A stretch of DNA of 64,000 nt from Macrostomum hystrix (lineage: Eukaryota > Animalia > Platyhelminthes): contig CATNEN010000038.1 of the NCBI GenBank assembly GCA_950097015.1, positions 19,902,001 through 19,966,000 on the forward strand, written 5' to 3'. Position 1 is the stretch's first letter. Each line of letters starts with the position of its first letter. The notes under the pieces were generated by a model, which ran no database searches, had not been told where the DNA came from, and saw only the letters and a program-made list of their open reading frames with translations. This document shows, piece by piece, positions 59,501-64,000 of this stretch. The translations under genes were made by a program, and so were the position numbers.

Positions 59501-61693
59501 ATGGACCTCAGCGATGCAGGTAATTCTTGTTATCGATAGAAGGTCATATTTATAAAAAACTGCCAATAAAATTTTGTTGTCTAAAAACTCCTTCAGTGGT
59601 CCAGTGTCCTAGTTCCGGGGATTTCATTGTGACCGACACAATCAAGGCAGCATATGACAAGTACGGATTCATTCTGGTTCGCCAGCTGCTGACAGACCAG
59701 GAGTTGTCAATTGTTAAGGCGGCTGTTGAGAACCCAGATGGTGTTCGGCAGTTCGCCTATGGGGTGAGTTGATGACACGGCTCAGAATCCTGGCTCAAAA
59801 TCATAGCTATCATTCTAAAAAATCGATTTCTAACAGAGAGAGTCTGGCGAAGGACAACCGTCAAAGATCGCCCTGTGGCAGCACCCGGGAGACGATGTCA
59901 CTGGCTTGTTAGCGCGTTGCGACAAAGTTGCTGGCACAGCAGAGAAGCTACTGGGTGGAGAGGCCTATCATTATCACTGCAAGCTGCTGATGAAGGAGCC
60001 ACATGGGGGCGGCCAGTGGCTTTGGCATCAGGACTACGGGTGAGTGATAAAGTTTTAGTTTTGTTGATGCTGGTCAGGACTGTTGTTGATGCTGGTCAGG
60101 ACTGTTGCTGATGCTGGTCAGGACTGTTGTTGATGCTAGTCAGGACTGTTGTTGATGCTGGTCAGGACTGAGGTTGAGGTTGGTCAGGACTGTTGTTGAT
60201 GCCGGTCAGGACTGAGGTTGGGTTGGTCAGGACTGTTGTTGAGGTTGGTCAGGACTGAGGTTGAGGTTGGTCAGGACTCGTGTCGAGGCTGGTATGAACT
60301 GAGGTCGAGGCTTGTCAGGACTGAAGTCAAGACAGTTTAAGCCATGTCAAGATCATTAGATTGGTTTAAAAATGTTCTAAATTCACCCGCTTTGCAGCTA
60401 CTGGTACATGAATGGAAATCTGAGACCCGACATGCTGACTGTATTCATCGCAATCGACCAGTCTGTGACCGCTAACGGATGCCTACGAGTAATCCCGAGT
60501 TCGCACCTGAGCGGCCGAATCGATCACGAGGGCCAGAGAGATCAGCAGAGAGCCAATCAGGAGCGAGTCGATCGCCTTTTAGAACGGCTTGGTGACTATC
60601 GTGTCGAGCAGCAGCCAGGCGACGCTCTGTTCTTTCATAGCAATCTGCTTCACACGAGCGCGCCAAATTGCAGCGATCTTAGGCGCTGGTGCCTGGCTAT
60701 TGCTTACAACAGGGCGGACAATGACCCTGTGTACTGCCACCATCATCCGCAATATACCAAGCTGCATAAGGTGAGTGATATGCTCTCTGACCTCATTTCA
60801 CGAATCCTTATTTCAAGGATTCAAAGAGCCCTTATTTCACAACTTTGAAAAGCCATTGCACCAAAACCCTATTCATAGCCGTAAATTTTGCAAGTCCCGT
60901 GGAAAGTTGGAATGACTTTGCACAGAAATCAAACAATAAATTGTGTCTTCGCAGTAGGAGACCGTCTTAACCGCTCTTGAAAGCTCATTGTAAAGCTAAT
61001 TCACATTTCCATCGAAAGAGACCAAAACACACGAATATGTCCTATTTTATGACCATTCGTTTAAATTAAATATAAAAAAATTGCACCAAAAAACTAGTCC
61101 GTTTGAAGGGAGGGAGTATGAACCGGCCTTTACGGCTTTTAGGCCAATTTAAACATGAGATAAGGAGGAGGAATTAAGAGGAGTGAGGACGGGCCGGGGG
61201 GTAAGAGATGAAAACGAGGGGGTGAGGAAAGAGAGACGAATGGCGAGCCAATCAGAGACGAGGGAGGGAAGAAAGAAGGAAAGCTAAGACGTTGAACAAC
61301 TGACAGAGGGAGAGATGAGAATGTGCAGTAAGAGCTAGGGCGTGCGACAATGTAAACAAACACACCAAAGAAGAGAGATAGTGGTGCCAACAGCGCCCAT
61401 GATTACTACTACTGAGTCAGAAGGATGCAGTAGGTTTTGTGGAGGTTTTGTTTTTTGAAAATTGGGGCCTACGAAAGTTGCTGAGATTTAGGACGACTTA
61501 TGTAATGACTCGTATTACATACCAAAGCAGGAAAATTTGAAATCACAACAAGGATACTCAATTTAAAACGTATTTTCATCAACATGACTTCATCGAGGTA
61601 TCGAATGCGGCTCTGCTGAACTGCCAATGCCCGACGAATCTGCACGGCAAGGACTTTTTGACTCCTAGTCAGGAGGCTTATCCAAATCGTTGA
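59501..61693 (+). CDS. Phytanoyl-CoA dioxygenase (PhyH) family Fe(II)/2-oxoglutarate dioxygenase, ectoine/proline hydroxylase-like; exons 59501-59519, 59597-59763, 59837-60039, 60398-60770, 61598-61693
   Basis: YDKYGFILVRQLL, LLGGEAYHYHCKLLMKEP, WHQDYG|YWY (HxD), VFIAID...NGCLRVIPSSH, PGDALFFHSNLLHTSAPN (distal His) and RRW. The junctions are phase-consistent. Confidence 0.9.
60062..60325. repeat. 22-bp intronic minisatellite GATGCTGGTCAGGACTGTTGTT
   Basis: About 12 progressively diverging copies in intron 3 of the dioxygenase. Confidence 0.9.
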
Positions 61694-62319
61694 AATTGCT
61701 AACTTGCAAGCTTGCGAAAGTTAAACCAAAAAAAATTTCTAACGACACGATTGTACGAATTATGAGGCGGTGAGTAAATTGGTGCAGGTAGCTTTTAGTG
61801 TTAAATCACGTTCTATCTATTATTGTCCCATGCACGTGTGCACTCGTATTTGCTTTGGGTGAAGCTGAACTCCTACACCACTATATGCTTAGCAACTATA
61901 AAGCCGTTTTGTTTCCAAGCAAGCACCTTTCTTCCCCCTCCGCAGTCAATAATCTTGCTGAGAAAAGTGCAGGATTTCTGTTCCGTGATTTTATGAATCG
62001 ATTTTTTTTCTCTTGTGGGGCTTTGAAACAATGGACTCACTGCTCTCCAGAGTGTCTGTCAGCTTTTAAAATCAATAATTGGTTTGTTTATAGTGTGCTA
62101 ATGAGAAATATTTAACAAAATTCGTTATTTAATACAATACAAGCCTAATTGAACTATTTGTCGTAGGCATTCGGCCTATATAAAGGTAAATTTTTTATTG
62201 AAACTGTCAGTCAGACAAGCTGTACGGTTCAGAAACCTTCGGCCAGATATGGCCTGCGAAGCTTTTTAGTCCTGCAGCAATTTTCTAAATATACTGTTAT
62301 GACCCCATCCACAAGTTAT

Positions 62320-63150
62320 TACCTCTCGCGTGTCTCGTCTCTCCCCTGCCTTATCTCTCCCCAGTCTCATCTCTACCGTGTCTCATCTCTCCCATGTCTC
62401 ATCTCTCGCGTGTCTCATCTCTCGCGTGTCTCATCTCTCTCGTGTCTCGTCTCTCCCCTGCCTTATCTCTCTCCCCTGTCTCATCTCTCGCGTGTCTCAT
62501 CTCTCTCGTGTCTCGTCTCTCCCCTGCCTTATCTCTCTCCCAGTCTCATCTCTACCGTGTCTCATCCCTCCCAGTTATTACCTCTCGCGTGTCTCATCTC
62601 TCTCGTGTCTCGTCTCTCCCCTGCCTTATCTGTCCCCAGTCTCATCTCTACCGTGTCTCATCTCTCCCGTGTCTCATCTCTCCCGTGTCTCATCTCTCCA
62701 CTGTCTCATCTCTCCTGTGTTTTATCTCTCCCGTGTCTCATCTCTCCCGTGTTTTATCTCTCCCGTGTCTCATCTTTCCTGTGTCTCATCTCTCCCGTGT
62801 CTCATCTCTCCACTGTCTCATCTCTCCACTGTCTCATCTCTCCACTGTCTCATCTCTCCTGTGTTTTATCTCTCCCGTGTCTCATCTCTCCCGTGTTTTA
62901 TCTCTCCCGTGTCTCATCTTTCCTGTGTCTCATCTCTCCCGTGTCTCATCTCTCCACTGTCTCATCTCTCCACTGTCTCATCTCTCCTGTGTTTTATCTC
63001 TCCCGTGTCTCATCTCTCCCGTGTTTTATCTCTCCCGTGTCTTATCTATCCATTGTCTCATCTCTCCCGTGTCTCATCTCTCCACTGTCTCATCTCTCCA
63101 CTGTCTCATCTCTCCACTGTCTCATCTCTCCCATGTCTCATCTCTCCAAA
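62320..63150. repeat. 16-bp minisatellite GTGTCTCATCTCTCCC and variants
   Basis: Tandem array. It explains the three overlapping ORFs at 62299-63209. Confidence 0.93.
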
Positions 63151-64000
63151 GTAAATATGTCCTGCTGTTGACTTCTATAAATTGCATCTTTGGCCTGCGA
63201 TGCATGTAAATGACCAAAAACTCTATAACACGTTTTCTGAATTTTGAAAGAGTCAATCAAAAGAGGAATTCAATAAAAGTACATAACTAATTGCGACCAG
63301 TTTAAAGTTTTGCCAGATACACAGAGAAGAGAAGATACACAGATACACAGAACAATATCCATACGAGCTTGAGACCAGGTGTTTAGTGCAAGCTGAAATA
63401 TTAGACATTCAAGAGATTCAAGCATATAGATATAATATCTACAAAGCTGAAACTCACTCAGAGTTATCTGTATCCGACATTGTGCTGATGAAGTGCTGAT
63501 GAAATTTAGACCCAGGAAGTTGCTGGGCTTGCCGATTGACTGCCGACAATAAAACAAAAAGGCCAGCTAACAAATCCTGTTTTTATGCTCAGCAACTTTT
63601 ATATTGTTTCCAACTGTTGTACAGTAGATGCATGAAAGCTATCAGCAAGCAATAACAAGATCGGACGATCAGCTATCGGCTAACTTGAAATATTTATCAG
63701 CTGCCAGCTGAGCAACTGCTGTTAGAAGAGAAAATTTACTAAGCTTAGAAACCTGGCCCAGTGATAGATTGAGTCTGGCGCTGAGCAAATTGAGTGCAGC
63801 TTAATAACTGCAGCTTAGCTCTGACTGGTGGAGAGACTTGGTGCGTCAGACCAACAGCCTCCTACCTATCTAGGCACATTTGGCAATTGAAAACCATTTA
63901 GGCTTGTTGCCAGCGCTTTCTATTCATTTCTATAGTGCAGAGATAACGAAAATGAACTCGCTCGCACACACAAAACTATTTAATAGACCGAGCTCTGAGA

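Noticed and set aside
62299-63209. Three overlapping ~280-aa ORFs
   Set aside because: They come from a 16-bp pyrimidine-rich minisatellite that lacks stop codons.

Overview
This is eukaryotic (metazoan) genomic DNA, not prokaryotic. It contains spliced genes with GT-AG introns, tRNA-derived SINE-like repeats, and roughly 45% tandem repeat by my estimate from the array spans. The minisatellite-filled introns and gene content suggest a free-living flatworm such as Macrostomum; that is an inference only. Seven protein-coding genes were reconstructed by hand with phase-consistent splice sites: the 3' end of a coiled-coil protein (+), a 5-exon TK2/dNK-type deoxynucleoside kinase (+), a single-coding-exon DEG/ENaC channel (-), an orphan 484-489 aa ORF with two possible degenerate TIR-like modules (+), an allatostatin-A/galanin-type GPCR (+), an EF-hand + WD40 WDR49/EFCAB8/WDY-like gene of at least 12 exons (-), and a 5-exon PhyH-family Fe(II)/2OG dioxygenase (+). 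The most notable observations are: (1) three genes whose coding sequence opens at a phase-0 splice acceptor, possibly receiving their AUG from a trans-spliced leader or an ATG micro-exon; (2) the orphan gene sitting between two copies of a leader plus 35-bp CCAAT satellite element, one expanded to an 11-kb higher-order array just upstream of the GPCR; (3) a foldback-like pair of inverted related arrays; (4) a 59-bp MITE with an 8-bp target duplication inside a SINE; and (5) non-canonical gating and filter motifs in the channel. No CRISPR array, rRNA or intact tRNA gene is supported.
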